From Clostridia bacterium (GTDB taxonomy: Bacteria > Bacillota > Clostridia > UBA1381), in the NCBI GenBank assembly GCA_036310525.1, contig JAXJRQ010000166.1, positions 1 to 52,238 on the forward strand: a stretch of DNA of 52,238 bases. Direction: 5' to 3'. The notes under the pieces are model-generated. The model saw nothing but the letters and a program-made list of their open reading frames with translations. It was not told where the DNA came from and ran no database searches. Shown one piece after another: positions 28,184 through 37,323 of this stretch. Each line of letters opens with the position of its first letter. The first letter of the stretch is position 1. A program made the translations under genes and the position numbers.

Positions 28184-29290
28184 ATGAATTTTGATACACT
28201 TAAAGAAATAATCGACAACGGATGCCGTGAAAAGGACATCCCTTGCGCAGATATTATTGTATCATATAAAAATGAAATTGTATACCGCTACATGACGGGT
28301 ACACGTGATGATGAGAAAAAGTTGCCGCTTAAAGGCGATGAAATGTATTTTCTCTATTCGGCAAGTAAGCCGATGACATGTACAGCCGCATTACAGCTGT
28401 ATGAAAAGGGACTTATTGCTCTTGATGACTATGTTTATAAATACATACCCGAATTTAAGGACATGAAGGTAAAAACCCCCGACGGACTCGTTGATGCAAA
28501 GGGGCATATAACTATAAAAAATCTGTTTACGATGTCCTCGGGACTTGACTACAACCTCGAAAGCGACAGCATCAAAGCGGTACTTTCAAAAAATCCCGAC
28601 GCACCAACACTTGATATAGTGCGTGCAATTGCAAACGAGCCTTTGCAGTTCCATCCGGGCGAGCATTATCTGTACAGCCTAAGCCATGACGTGCTTGCAG
28701 CGGTTGTTGAGGTTGTTTCGGGCATGAAGTTTGAAGATTATGTGAAGAAAAACATATACGATGTTTGCGGTATGAAGCATACAACAATGACCGTTACAGA
28801 CGACGTTTTAGACCGTATGTGCAGTCAGTATGTGTACGATGCGCAGACAAACACCTCTTCACTTATGCCAAAGAAAAACCAGTACATATTATCATCAAAC
28901 TACCACAGCGGCGGTGCAGGAATGATTTCGTGTGCTGATGACTATATTAAGTTTGCCGCTGCAATGGCAAACGGTGAAACACTTCTTAAAAAGGAAACAA
29001 TCGCGCTTATGTCACAGGACCATCTTACACCTGAACAGTTCGCGGATTTTTCTCCCATGAAACCGGGATATACATATGGTCTTGGAGTACGTACCAACGT
29101 AAGCAGTGATTTTTCCGAAAAGGGCGAATTTGGCTGGGACGGCGCCGCAGGCTCATACACAATCATTGACCCGAAAAACAATATTGCCGTATTTTACGGC
29201 ACTCACGTAAGAAACCATGGTAATTTTCTTTATTTCAAACACCACATGGATATTCGTGATGAAATATATAAGGTTCTTTTAAATCGCTGA
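28184..29290 (+). CDS. Serine hydrolase, beta-lactamase/transpeptidase-like superfamily (class C / EstB-like)
   Basis: SxxK nucleophile motif YSASKPMT, plus YSLSHD and a late GWDGAAG block. Start set at ATG 28184 rather than TTG 28175. Confidence 0.85.
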   Translation: MNFDTLKEIIDNGCREKDIPCADIIVSYKNEIVYRYMTGTRDDEKKLPLKGDEMYFLYSASKPMTCTAALQLYEKGLIALDDYVYKYIPEFKDMKVKTPDGLVDAKGHITIKNLFTMSSGLDYNLESDSIKAVLSKNPDAPTLDIVRAIANEPLQFHPGEHYLYSLSHDVLAAVVEVVSGMKFEDYVKKNIYDVCGMKHTTMTVTDDVLDRMCSQYVYDAQTNTSSLMPKKNQYILSSNYHSGGAGMISCADDYIKFAAAMANGETLLKKETIALMSQDHLTPEQFADFSPMKPGYTYGLGVRTNVSSDFSEKGEFGWDGAAGSYTIIDPKNNIAVFYGTHVRNHGNFLYFKHHMDIRDEIYKVLLNR

Positions 29291-29299
29291 TATACACAA

Positions 29300-29327
29300 A
29301 TACACAGACCGTTTACGGTCTGTGTAT
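29300..29327. terminator. Bidirectional terminator
   Basis: 12-bp stem atacacagaccg / cggtctgtgtat with loop ttta, followed by a T-run. Convergent AraC gene stops at 29330. Confidence 0.7.
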
Positions 29328-29329
29328 TT

Positions 29330-30124
29330 TTATTTTTTCTTAATATATTCACTCGGCGAAATTCCCACATTCTTTTTGAAAACGTTTGAAAAATAGAACG
29401 GGTCGTTGTAGCCTGAAAGGAGTGCAATATTTTTAACAGCAGTTATTCCCCTTTCAATGAGAAAAATTGCATGTTGTATTCTCGTATTTTTAAGATATTC
29501 CGAAAAAGTTATACCTATCTTATTCTTAAAAAGCTTTGATATGTATTTTGAATTATATCCGAGTGCATCCGCAGTTGACTCAAGGGTAAGCTCTGCATTT
29601 GAAAAATTTTCTTCTATATATTTAAGTATATCGCCTATAAGAGTATTTTCGTTGTTTTCCGGCACAGACGACATTTGCGAAAACGTATACAGCAAAACAC
29701 TCTCACTTATCAAATCAATATTTTGTTCATTTGCTTTACCTATGCAATTTTGCCAGTAGGAAATCAGTCCTTCATGACCTTCAAAAACACAACTCGCAGG
29801 CGTTATCATAAACCTTTCAAACAGTTTTTTTGAACGTTGTCCACGAAATGTGATATACATATAGCTGATGTTATCCGTGTTTTCAATCCGAAACGGTGCT
29901 CCCGAAAATGTGAAAAAAATCATCCCAGGCTCAAGCTCGTGTTTCATAAATTCTGTACACAGCCTGCCCTTTCCGCTCACAACAAGATACATAATATTAT
30001 TTTGTCTGATGCTCATTTCGGACATTGTTTCCAGATTACATTCATAAACAAAATTTGTCGTAATAATCTGTTCCGTTTCCGTATATTGTACAAACTTGCA
30101 TATATTATTATCCGACTTTTTCAT
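29330..30124 (-). CDS. AraC-family transcriptional regulator
   Basis: C-terminal HTH pair (LTLESTADALGYNSKYISKLFK...GYNDPFYFSNVFKKNVGISPSEY). Divergent from the DMT/oxidoreductase genes. Start uncertain (30133 or 30124). Confidence 0.8.
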   Translation of the reverse strand: MKKSDNNICKFVQYTETEQIITTNFVYECNLETMSEMSIRQNNIMYLVVSGKGRLCTEFMKHELEPGMIFFTFSGAPFRIENTDNISYMYITFRGQRSKKLFERFMITPASCVFEGHEGLISYWQNCIGKANEQNIDLISESVLLYTFSQMSSVPENNENTLIGDILKYIEENFSNAELTLESTADALGYNSKYISKLFKNKIGITFSEYLKNTRIQHAIFLIERGITAVKNIALLSGYNDPFYFSNVFKKNVGISPSEYIKKK

Positions 30125-30280
30125 CCACGTCACCTCTTATCGCATATTATAGCAAATCATCACCCAGCGGTCAAGAAAAAAGCGGAATATTTACATCATT
30201 TAGTAGATTTTTTCTATTTTTTGATATAAAAAATATGCTATAATTAAGTTAGAGAATAAATTTTAAGAGGTAACGGATAA

Positions 30281-31132
30281 ATGTATTACGGAATAATTAC
30301 TTTATGCTCACTGATGTTCAGTTCGCAATTTTTATTCAGCAGAGTATTCAGCAAAGAATACGGCAACGACCTGCAAGCCACATTTGTGTTGGGCATCGGC
30401 AACGGTCTTATAGGAATAATCGCTTTGTCGCTCATTAACAGGTTCAGCTTCGGATGTACTCCGTTTGCGCTGATTATGGCGCTGATTTGTACTTTGGACG
30501 CTATAATATTGTCATTTTTAAGCCTCAAGGCTCTCGGCAAAATCAATCTTTCGTTATATTCAATGTATATGATGCTCGGCGGAATGCTTTTACCCTCCGC
30601 GGCGGGAATATTGTTTTTTGACGAAGCTCTGACGCTTTCAAAATGTCTTTGCTTTCTTTGTATCATATTTGCACTTTTGCTGACTGTTCAAAAAGGCGAG
30701 AAAAAATCAGGTACTCTTTACTATGCAGGTATATTTATTCTAAACGGGCTTTCCGGAGTTATTTCAAAAATATATCAGGCGGCGCCTTTTGAAAAGGTTT
30801 CGGCATCCGAGTATTCAATTCTGTGTGCCGCATTAGGGTTAGTGCTTTCCGTTATTCTTTTATTGATTTTCAAATCTGACAACAGAAGACTTAATTTGAA
30901 ATCAGTGTTCGCCATGTTTGGAGGCGGCGCTTTAAACAGAATTGCAAACTGGCTTTCACTTATTTGCCTTTCATATCTTCCGGCATCAGTACAGTCTCCG
31001 TTTATCACGGGAGCTACCATTATATTTTCCATGATTATCGGACTGTTTTTGCATCAGCGTCCCGATAAACGTGAAGTTGCATCAGTAATGATTGCATTAG
31101 TTGGTCTGTTTATACTTGTGTTTATCAAGTAG
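30281..31132 (+). CDS. DMT-superfamily (EamA-like) 10-TM transporter
   Basis: 283 aa with about 10 hydrophobic helices arranged as two 5-TM halves. No stronger motif evidence by eye. Confidence 0.65.
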   Translation: MYYGIITLCSLMFSSQFLFSRVFSKEYGNDLQATFVLGIGNGLIGIIALSLINRFSFGCTPFALIMALICTLDAIILSFLSLKALGKINLSLYSMYMMLGGMLLPSAAGILFFDEALTLSKCLCFLCIIFALLLTVQKGEKKSGTLYYAGIFILNGLSGVISKIYQAAPFEKVSASEYSILCAALGLVLSVILLLIFKSDNRRLNLKSVFAMFGGGALNRIANWLSLICLSYLPASVQSPFITGATIIFSMIIGLFLHQRPDKREVASVMIALVGLFILVFIK

Positions 31133-31162
31133 AATATATAAATTAATTTTCAGGAGGTTATT

Positions 31163-32428
31163 ATGAAAAATATTCGTATAGGAGTTTTTGGTGCAAAGAG
31201 AGGCTATTATTATTTTGATAACCTTCTTGCAAACAACGCAGAAATTGTTGCTGTATGTGATAAGGACAACAATTCACTGGAGCGTGCCAAGAACAGACTT
31301 GCCAACGATGTAGCGATTTATTCGGATTTTGATTCTTTCATTGAGCATCCCATGGATGCAGTGCTTCTTGCAAACTATTTTCATGAACATTCAGAATACG
31401 CAATACGCTGTCTTGAAAAGAATATTCATGTTTTATGCGAATGCACATCAAACAGCACCATGGCGGAGGGCGTAGCTCTCGTAAGAGCCGCAAAAAAGAG
31501 CAAGGCGTTTTATATGCTTGCCGAAAACTATCCGTTTATGCTGTTTAATCAGGAAATGAAGCGTGTCTATGAAGGCGGTACATTGGGTAAGGTAATGTTT
31601 GCCGAAGGCGAATACAATCACCCCGGTGATGTTTATAAAAATTCGGGTATTTACAGTCTGTATGACGATTTAAAGCACTGGAGACAGTATGTGCCCCGAA
31701 CATATTATGTCACACACTCACTTGCACCGATTATGTATGCAACCGGCTCACTGCCCGTAAGAGTAACAGCAATGCCCGTATATATGCCATCTCCCGAGGA
31801 CTGCACAAGAGCAAGCTGTGTCGGTGATAAAGCCGCTATTATCACATGTCTTAATGATGATAACTCTGTTTTCAGAGTGACCGGCTGTTCAGCCTTTGGT
31901 GCTGAGGAAAATTCCTACCGTATATGCGGTACAAAAGGACAGATTGAGAATGTGCGCGGAAGCGATAACATGATGGTTCTTAACTATAATTCATGGGAAA
32001 TTCCCGAGGGTATGAAAAAGCATAATTATTATAAAACCGAGCTTGTTGACAAGGATGCCGAATTGATAAAAAAAGCAGGACATGGCGGCGGAGATTTCTT
32101 TGTTGTGCGTAAGTTCTTTGAAGCAATCAGAACCAACACACCGCCCGAGCTTGACGTATATTTTGCAACACGTCTTGCATCTGTAGCCATAATGGCGCAC
32201 AGAAGCTTGCTTGAAGGCGGAATGCCCTATGACATTCCCGATTTCAGAAACGAAGAGGATTGCGTGAAATTTGAAAACGACAATCTTTCACCGTTCTGGT
32301 ATTCGGACGGCACAGCACCCACACTTCCCTGCTCCTCTAACCCCGACTACAAGCCATCACAAACACAGATTGACAACTTTTTGCGGATACTTGAAGAAGA
32401 ACGCAAAAACTTTAATCCAAAACAATAA
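31163..32428 (+). CDS. Gfo/Idh/MocA-family NAD(P)-dependent oxidoreductase
   Basis: N-terminal Rossmann IRIGVFGAKRGYYY...AEIVAVCD, a CECT(S) block and EGEYNH. GGAGG RBS. Confidence 0.85.
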   Translation: MKNIRIGVFGAKRGYYYFDNLLANNAEIVAVCDKDNNSLERAKNRLANDVAIYSDFDSFIEHPMDAVLLANYFHEHSEYAIRCLEKNIHVLCECTSNSTMAEGVALVRAAKKSKAFYMLAENYPFMLFNQEMKRVYEGGTLGKVMFAEGEYNHPGDVYKNSGIYSLYDDLKHWRQYVPRTYYVTHSLAPIMYATGSLPVRVTAMPVYMPSPEDCTRASCVGDKAAIITCLNDDNSVFRVTGCSAFGAEENSYRICGTKGQIENVRGSDNMMVLNYNSWEIPEGMKKHNYYKTELVDKDAELIKKAGHGGGDFFVVRKFFEAIRTNTPPELDVYFATRLASVAIMAHRSLLEGGMPYDIPDFRNEEDCVKFENDNLSPFWYSDGTAPTLPCSSNPDYKPSQTQIDNFLRILEEERKNFNPKQ

Positions 32429-32431
32429 TAG

Positions 32432-32462
32432 TATAAAGGGACGGCATTGCCGTCCCTTTATA
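32432..32462. terminator. Bidirectional terminator (31-nt palindrome)
   Basis: tataaagggacggca-t-tgccgtccctttata between convergent genes. Confidence 0.75.
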
Positions 32463-32466
32463 CTAT

Positions 32467-33483
32467 TTACTGATAATATATACACTCTGCAATATACTGT
32501 TCCACGCCCGTCCACATTTCGAGGTTTCCCTGCTTGATTTCATAATCAATTTCAGGAATACGCATAACCATGCGTTTTAATGCCTCCTCCGAAAATGCCT
32601 TTGCACCGTCGACGTACTTGCCCGCAATAAATGGCGCAGTACCCAGCTTTGCGGCAATATCCCTCACACTTTCACCCTTTAAGAGCTTTGCATGAAGCAT
32701 TTTTTCCGCCGTTGAATTAATCAGATACAAAATCCCGAGCGCACTTTCATTCGAGGTACGTATACTGCTCACAACCTCCATAGCGGCATTGGCGTCTTTA
32801 CGCATAATTGCATCGGTCAGGTCGAAAATCTGCACCTCAAGCGATTTTGAAACAACGTTGTCAATATCATTCTTTGTGATTTCCTCTCCACAGTAATTAA
32901 GTAATTTATCAAACTCATTCTGTAAGGTGTTTATGCCCTTGTCGCACACATTGATAAAATAATATGCCGCATCCTTTGACATTTTCCTCTTATGTGTAAG
33001 CGCCTGCTTGTTAACCCACGTAACAAGGTCTGCCTCGCTCAGATACGAAAACTCAACCGCAAGTCCCTTTTTAGTGAATGCCTTATATGTCACTGAGCGC
33101 TTGTCAACCTTGCTTTCATCAAAAACAACAACATTTTCCTCGCTCACACGATTAAATTTTTCCTGCCAGAAGGATTTCACCTCTTCGTTTGGTCGGTTAA
33201 AAATTCCGCTGTCCTTTATAATAATCAGCTTTTTTTCTGCCATCATGGGGAAGCTTTCCCATGCATCGTCATAGTCCGATAATGCCACATCAGGGCCTTC
33301 AAATTTCATGTAGTTGAAATCAGGAAAACCCATATCAGGTACAAGCGCCTGCACCTTTTCGGCATACAGCTCCTTTAAATAACTTTCCTCACCGAAAAAC
33401 AGATACATAGGCTCTGTCTTATTCTCTTTTAAAGCACGCTTTAAATCCATCAAAGCGTCATTTGATTTTTTTCCGTATGCCAT
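32467..33483 (-). CDS. holA: DNA polymerase III delta subunit
   Basis: 338 aa with a typical HolA N-terminus (PMYLFFGEESYLKE) and length. Clamp-loader delta fold inferred from overall similarity. Confidence 0.8.
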   Translation of the reverse strand: MAYGKKSNDALMDLKRALKENKTEPMYLFFGEESYLKELYAEKVQALVPDMGFPDFNYMKFEGPDVALSDYDDAWESFPMMAEKKLIIIKDSGIFNRPNEEVKSFWQEKFNRVSEENVVVFDESKVDKRSVTYKAFTKKGLAVEFSYLSEADLVTWVNKQALTHKRKMSKDAAYYFINVCDKGINTLQNEFDKLLNYCGEEITKNDIDNVVSKSLEVQIFDLTDAIMRKDANAAMEVVSSIRTSNESALGILYLINSTAEKMLHAKLLKGESVRDIAAKLGTAPFIAGKYVDGAKAFSEEALKRMVMRIPEIDYEIKQGNLEMWTGVEQYIAECIYYQ

Positions 33484-33517
33484 AATCTTTCTCCGCTATC
33501 TCCTGCATAATTATATA

Positions 33518-34717
33518 TTATTTAAGGTCTTCTTCGTGCAGATAAACACCATTTGCAACAAGTTTATCCTGAAGCTCTTTAATGTCTATTTTTGAAAAAT
33601 CATCTGTCATCGCTGCGGCAGTTCCTGCGGCCTGACCGGTAACCGCACAGCATGGAATAACACGCATAACATCCCAGAGTGTTTCGTTTACCGAAGTACA
33701 ACGTCCGGCACATATAAGATTCTTTATTTGGGAACTGTACAGCGTTCTGAACGGAACCTCATACACAGGACCTCTCTTTTTCCAGTTGGAGACCATTCCC
33801 ACTGAATCCTCAAAATATTTATGCATCTCCTCATGCGACAATTCATACTCACCGGCAATTCGTCGGGTCATTCTTATCTGGGGAATTGTAGCGATGGTTA
33901 CAGGCAACAGTGCATCATCTGCTTGTCTCTTTTTCAAAAAGTCCGCATATGTAGACTGATGTGACATACACATTTGCTCAGAAAGCTCCTCACCATCAAG
34001 ACCCGAAAATCTTTTTGTTGTAAGCGGCTTAATCTTATTTTCCTCACTCTTTTCTTCGTCAGGAATATCCGCAAAGCCTACCATATTAAGATTATATCCA
34101 CTATTCCCCATTGAATAATACCATGCAGCAAGTACATTGCCTTGTTTGAATAATTCGGTAGGTGCGCCCGAAAAATGTGCAATATCACAGTCACCCGTTG
34201 CGTCAACTACCGATTTGACTTTATATGCAATTCTTCCTGATTTATTTTCAGTAATTATATGCTGTATCTTACTTTGCTCCACATTTACTCCGACAGCATA
34301 TGTACCATATAATATATCAACACCCTCATCCAAAAGAAGTTTTTCCGCCAAAATAGCAAAGAGCTGCGGATTATATTGAACCTCAAAGCGTTTATCATGT
34401 TCACCACGAGAACCTTTATTATCCAGCCAGTTTTCAGGGTACTTTGCCTCAGCACCATGTAATATTGATAAGCGAAGAAGCTCCTCAGCTATACCAAAAG
34501 ATACCTGACGTCCAAAGCCGTCACATAATGGAAGATATATTGTTACAATGCCTGCTGTACCAAGACCGCCAAGCATATACTGCTTCTCAAAAAGTACAAC
34601 CTTACTTCCCTGTCTTGCCGCCGCCAACGCAGCAGATATTCCGGCAAACCCTCCGCCGCATACTGCCACATCATATTCCTTTTTTACAATTGTTCTCACC
34701 TGTTCATTTATAAACAT
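33518..34717 (-). CDS. FAD-dependent oxidoreductase
   Basis: Dinucleotide-binding motif YDVAVCGGGFAGISAALAAARQGSKVVLFEK and a C-terminal GQAAGTAAA block. Confidence 0.8.
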   Translation of the reverse strand: MFINEQVRTIVKKEYDVAVCGGGFAGISAALAAARQGSKVVLFEKQYMLGGLGTAGIVTIYLPLCDGFGRQVSFGIAEELLRLSILHGAEAKYPENWLDNKGSRGEHDKRFEVQYNPQLFAILAEKLLLDEGVDILYGTYAVGVNVEQSKIQHIITENKSGRIAYKVKSVVDATGDCDIAHFSGAPTELFKQGNVLAAWYYSMGNSGYNLNMVGFADIPDEEKSEENKIKPLTTKRFSGLDGEELSEQMCMSHQSTYADFLKKRQADDALLPVTIATIPQIRMTRRIAGEYELSHEEMHKYFEDSVGMVSNWKKRGPVYEVPFRTLYSSQIKNLICAGRCTSVNETLWDVMRVIPCCAVTGQAAGTAAAMTDDFSKIDIKELQDKLVANGVYLHEEDLK

Positions 34718-34765
34718 AATTTTATCCCCTTTCCGTTCATTGCGCTTTTATAAAAAGCAAGAAAT

Positions 34766-34927
34766 TGACAACTCCGTTGTCATGAATTGGTTACCACCAT
34801 AATTTCTCGCTATCGCTCCATGAATTGAATTGCCTGTATCATGCACCGAAGGTGCAATTCATGAAAATTTTAATTTTCAATTCACGCCGTCGGGCAATTC
34901 AATGATTTCATCTTCAATGAAATCATT
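34766..34927. repeat. Cluster of nested inverted and direct repeats in the divergent intergenic region
   Basis: TGACAAC-tcc-GTTGTCA at 34766-34782. CATGAATTG at 34781 and 34819, with its inverse CAATTCATG at 34855. Also gaattgcc (34827) / ggcaattc (34893), tgcacc-gaa-ggtgca (34842-34856), and a perfect 11-bp hairpin aatgatttcat / atgaaatcatt (34901-34927). Confidence 0.5.
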
Positions 34928-35045
34928 ATAGCATATTTTCCCTTTATATACAACCATTAAATTTTTTTATATATTCCCAATATAAGGTAATGTATAAATA
35001 TTTTTAAAAAATTTAGTTGAAAACAGAGAATTTTCGTGAAAACTG

Positions 35046-35074
35046 TCGACAAATCGTATTAAAATTGATATAAT
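35046..35074 (+). promoter_or_regulatory. Candidate sigma-A promoter of the FHA/kinase operon
   Basis: TCGACA (35046-35051), a 17-nt spacer and TATAAT (35069-35074), 30 nt upstream of the first ATG (35104), which has a GGGGGA RBS. Confidence 0.45.
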
Positions 35075-35103
35075 AAATTGATAGTTATTTTTATGGGGGA
35101 TTT

Positions 35104-35502
35104 ATGAAAAGAGGATTGAATGCTGCGTTGGGAATTGTAATCACAGCGGCAGTGTATTTTTTATTTTTTCTGACCGGCATAGGATGCCCTATACGCTTTC
35201 TTACGGGTATTTCGTGCTGTGGTTGCGGAATGACACGAGCGCTGATACGGCTTTTTTCGCTTGATATACAAGGCGCACTTTACTATCATCCGCTTATATT
35301 TTTCATTCCCGTATATGCGGTTTTATTTATAGTCAGAAAAAAATTCAGAGAACCTGTTTTTCGTATTATAACATGGATATTTGTCCTGACATTTCTTGCA
35401 GTTTATTTCACAAGACTCTTTGACCCCGAAAATATAATAGTCACAGCAAACTTAAAGGATGGCTGTATTTTTAAAATCTTACATTATATTATGGAGGGAT
35501 AA
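35104..35502 (+). CDS. DUF2752-family membrane protein
   Basis: Signature Cys cluster GCPIRFLTGISCCGCGMTRA after the first TM helix, and about 4 TM helices. Confidence 0.75.
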   Translation: MKRGLNAALGIVITAAVYFLFFLTGIGCPIRFLTGISCCGCGMTRALIRLFSLDIQGALYYHPLIFFIPVYAVLFIVRKKFREPVFRIITWIFVLTFLAVYFTRLFDPENIIVTANLKDGCIFKILHYIMEG

Positions 35503-35506
35503 TTTT

Positions 35507-36382
35507 ATGATTGAAGAAAGAAGAAGTCTTGGTATGTATATTTTGCTCACGCTTGTAACGTGCGGCATTTATTCTTTTTATTTTTATTATAAATTTGCGC
35601 AGGACATGAATACGGTCTGCGACGGCGACGGCGAACACACAGCCGGTCTCGGATATTATATTCTTTTCAGTTTTCTTACATGCGGAATATATGCATTTTA
35701 CTGGTATTACAAAGTCGGTAACAGACAAGCGGCAAACGGTCCGAGATACGGACTGCACATTCAGGACGACGGAAAAACTATTCTTGTATGGCTTCTCCTT
35801 GGCTCTTTGCTTGCGGGTATAGGCGCATGGATTGCATTGTATCTGATGATTAAAAATCTTAATATGCTTGCACATGCCTACAACAATTCAGGTAATGCGC
35901 ATGCACAGTATAACAATGCACCGAACAACAACTTCAATCAGTATCCGCCTCAGAATTATAACAACTCATACCGTTCAATTTCAAACGACGGCATGAATTA
36001 TTCAAACACGATGGACAGTATGAACACTGCACCGCTGAATTTAAACACTTCATTTCAGACTCAGACAGAACAAAGCTCAGCCGGACTTTACTGCAAAACA
36101 GGCGAATTTGCCGGCAGCACCTTCCCTATTAACATGAACGAAAACATTATAATAGGAAGAGAAATGTCGTGTAATATAAAATTTGATGCAAATACTCCGA
36201 ACGTCAGCCGCAGACATTGCACTGTGTATTTTGACGGACAAGTGTGGATTACCGATAACGGTTCAAGCTTCGGAACATATCTTGATAACGGAACAAGACT
36301 TACTCCCAATGAGAGAGTACCGCTTTCAAAAGGCGAAGGCTTCTATCTCGGCAACAAAAACATCAGTTTCACAATAATGTAA
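35507..36382 (+). CDS. DUF4234-type membrane domain + N/Q/Y-rich linker + C-terminal FHA domain
   Basis: Duplicated TCGIY(S/A)FY(F/W)YYK motif typical of DUF4234. Low-complexity linker at aa 124-188. FHA motifs GREMSCNIKF...VSRRHCTV...SSFGTYLDNG. Start at ATG 35507 (GGAGGG RBS), not 35459. Confidence 0.8.
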   Translation: MIEERRSLGMYILLTLVTCGIYSFYFYYKFAQDMNTVCDGDGEHTAGLGYYILFSFLTCGIYAFYWYYKVGNRQAANGPRYGLHIQDDGKTILVWLLLGSLLAGIGAWIALYLMIKNLNMLAHAYNNSGNAHAQYNNAPNNNFNQYPPQNYNNSYRSISNDGMNYSNTMDSMNTAPLNLNTSFQTQTEQSSAGLYCKTGEFAGSTFPINMNENIIIGREMSCNIKFDANTPNVSRRHCTVYFDGQVWITDNGSSFGTYLDNGTRLTPNERVPLSKGEGFYLGNKNISFTIM

Positions 36383-36388
36383 AAAATC

Positions 36389-37309
36389 ATGGATAATTAC
36401 AAAACTACGGCAAAAATACTTATAGCAGTTAATATCATACTGATTACGGCGACGGCAATTTTGCTTGTCGGCTATAGTTTAAAAAAATCAAAGGAAACAA
36501 CGTCCTCACCTGCACCAACTGCACAGGTGACGGCACAGCCGACTCCTTCGGTTACTCAACAACCTACACCTATCCCTACAAGTCAGGCAAAAAAGGCAAC
36601 AATCAGACAGTTCCTGAAAAATGCTGCCAAGCCCATAGGCAGTACAATGTATGTATACGGTGGCGGCTGGAACAAAGAGGATACGGGCGCAGGCGAATAT
36701 GCCCGTACATTGGGTGTTCCTCAGGAGTGGAAGGATTTTGCAGTGCTTCAGGACAGTACGTATGACAGTTCAAAGCATAAATACGAAATAACAAAAGGTC
36801 TTGACTGTTCAGGATATGTCGGTTGGGCGCTGTACAACACTCTCGAAACAGAAAACGGTAAACCCGGATATGTATTCCTTGCTCAGTCTTATGCCGACAT
36901 CCTTTCCGCAATGAATCTGGGCGAAAAAACAGCAAAGCAAGATGTCGGAAGCTATAAACCGGGCGATATATTGAGCTCAGCCGAGGATGAACATGTGTGG
37001 ATTGCTATCGGAGAATGCAGTGACCACAGCGTTTTACTGTTTAACTGCACTCCTCCCGGAGTATCTCTCTACGGCACAGCAACTCCTGACGGAGAAAAGA
37101 ACAGTATGGCTGTAAGGCTTGCTAAAAAATATATGCGTGAACATTTCCCGCAGTGGTACGGGAAATATACAAATTATGCACGTGGCACATCGTATCTCAC
37201 AAACTATGACCGTTTCAGATGGGATATGAAAAGCAGCGGCGTTATGTCTGACCCTGACGGGTACTACAATCTTACGCCCGAACAAATTCTTGACGATATA
37301 TTTAATTGA
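36389..37309 (+). CDS. Membrane-anchored NlpC/P60-superfamily (papain-like) cell-wall hydrolase candidate
   Basis: N-terminal TM anchor and a Pro/Thr/Gln-rich linker. YVYGGGW...GLDCSGYVGWALY (catalytic Cys context), then PGDIL...EHVWIAIG..DH (His). An insertion between the GG and DCSG blocks makes it atypical. Confidence 0.5.
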   Translation: MDNYKTTAKILIAVNIILITATAILLVGYSLKKSKETTSSPAPTAQVTAQPTPSVTQQPTPIPTSQAKKATIRQFLKNAAKPIGSTMYVYGGGWNKEDTGAGEYARTLGVPQEWKDFAVLQDSTYDSSKHKYEITKGLDCSGYVGWALYNTLETENGKPGYVFLAQSYADILSAMNLGEKTAKQDVGSYKPGDILSSAEDEHVWIAIGECSDHSVLLFNCTPPGVSLYGTATPDGEKNSMAVRLAKKYMREHFPQWYGKYTNYARGTSYLTNYDRFRWDMKSSGVMSDPDGYYNLTPEQILDDIFN

Positions 37310-37323
37310 TAAGAGGTTATAAA

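Noticed and set aside
35459-35506. Upstream start (MAVFLKSYIILWRDNF) for the DUF4234-FHA gene
   Set aside because: It would overlap the DUF2752 gene by 44 nt and has no RBS. ATG 35507 has a GGAGGG RBS at ideal spacing.
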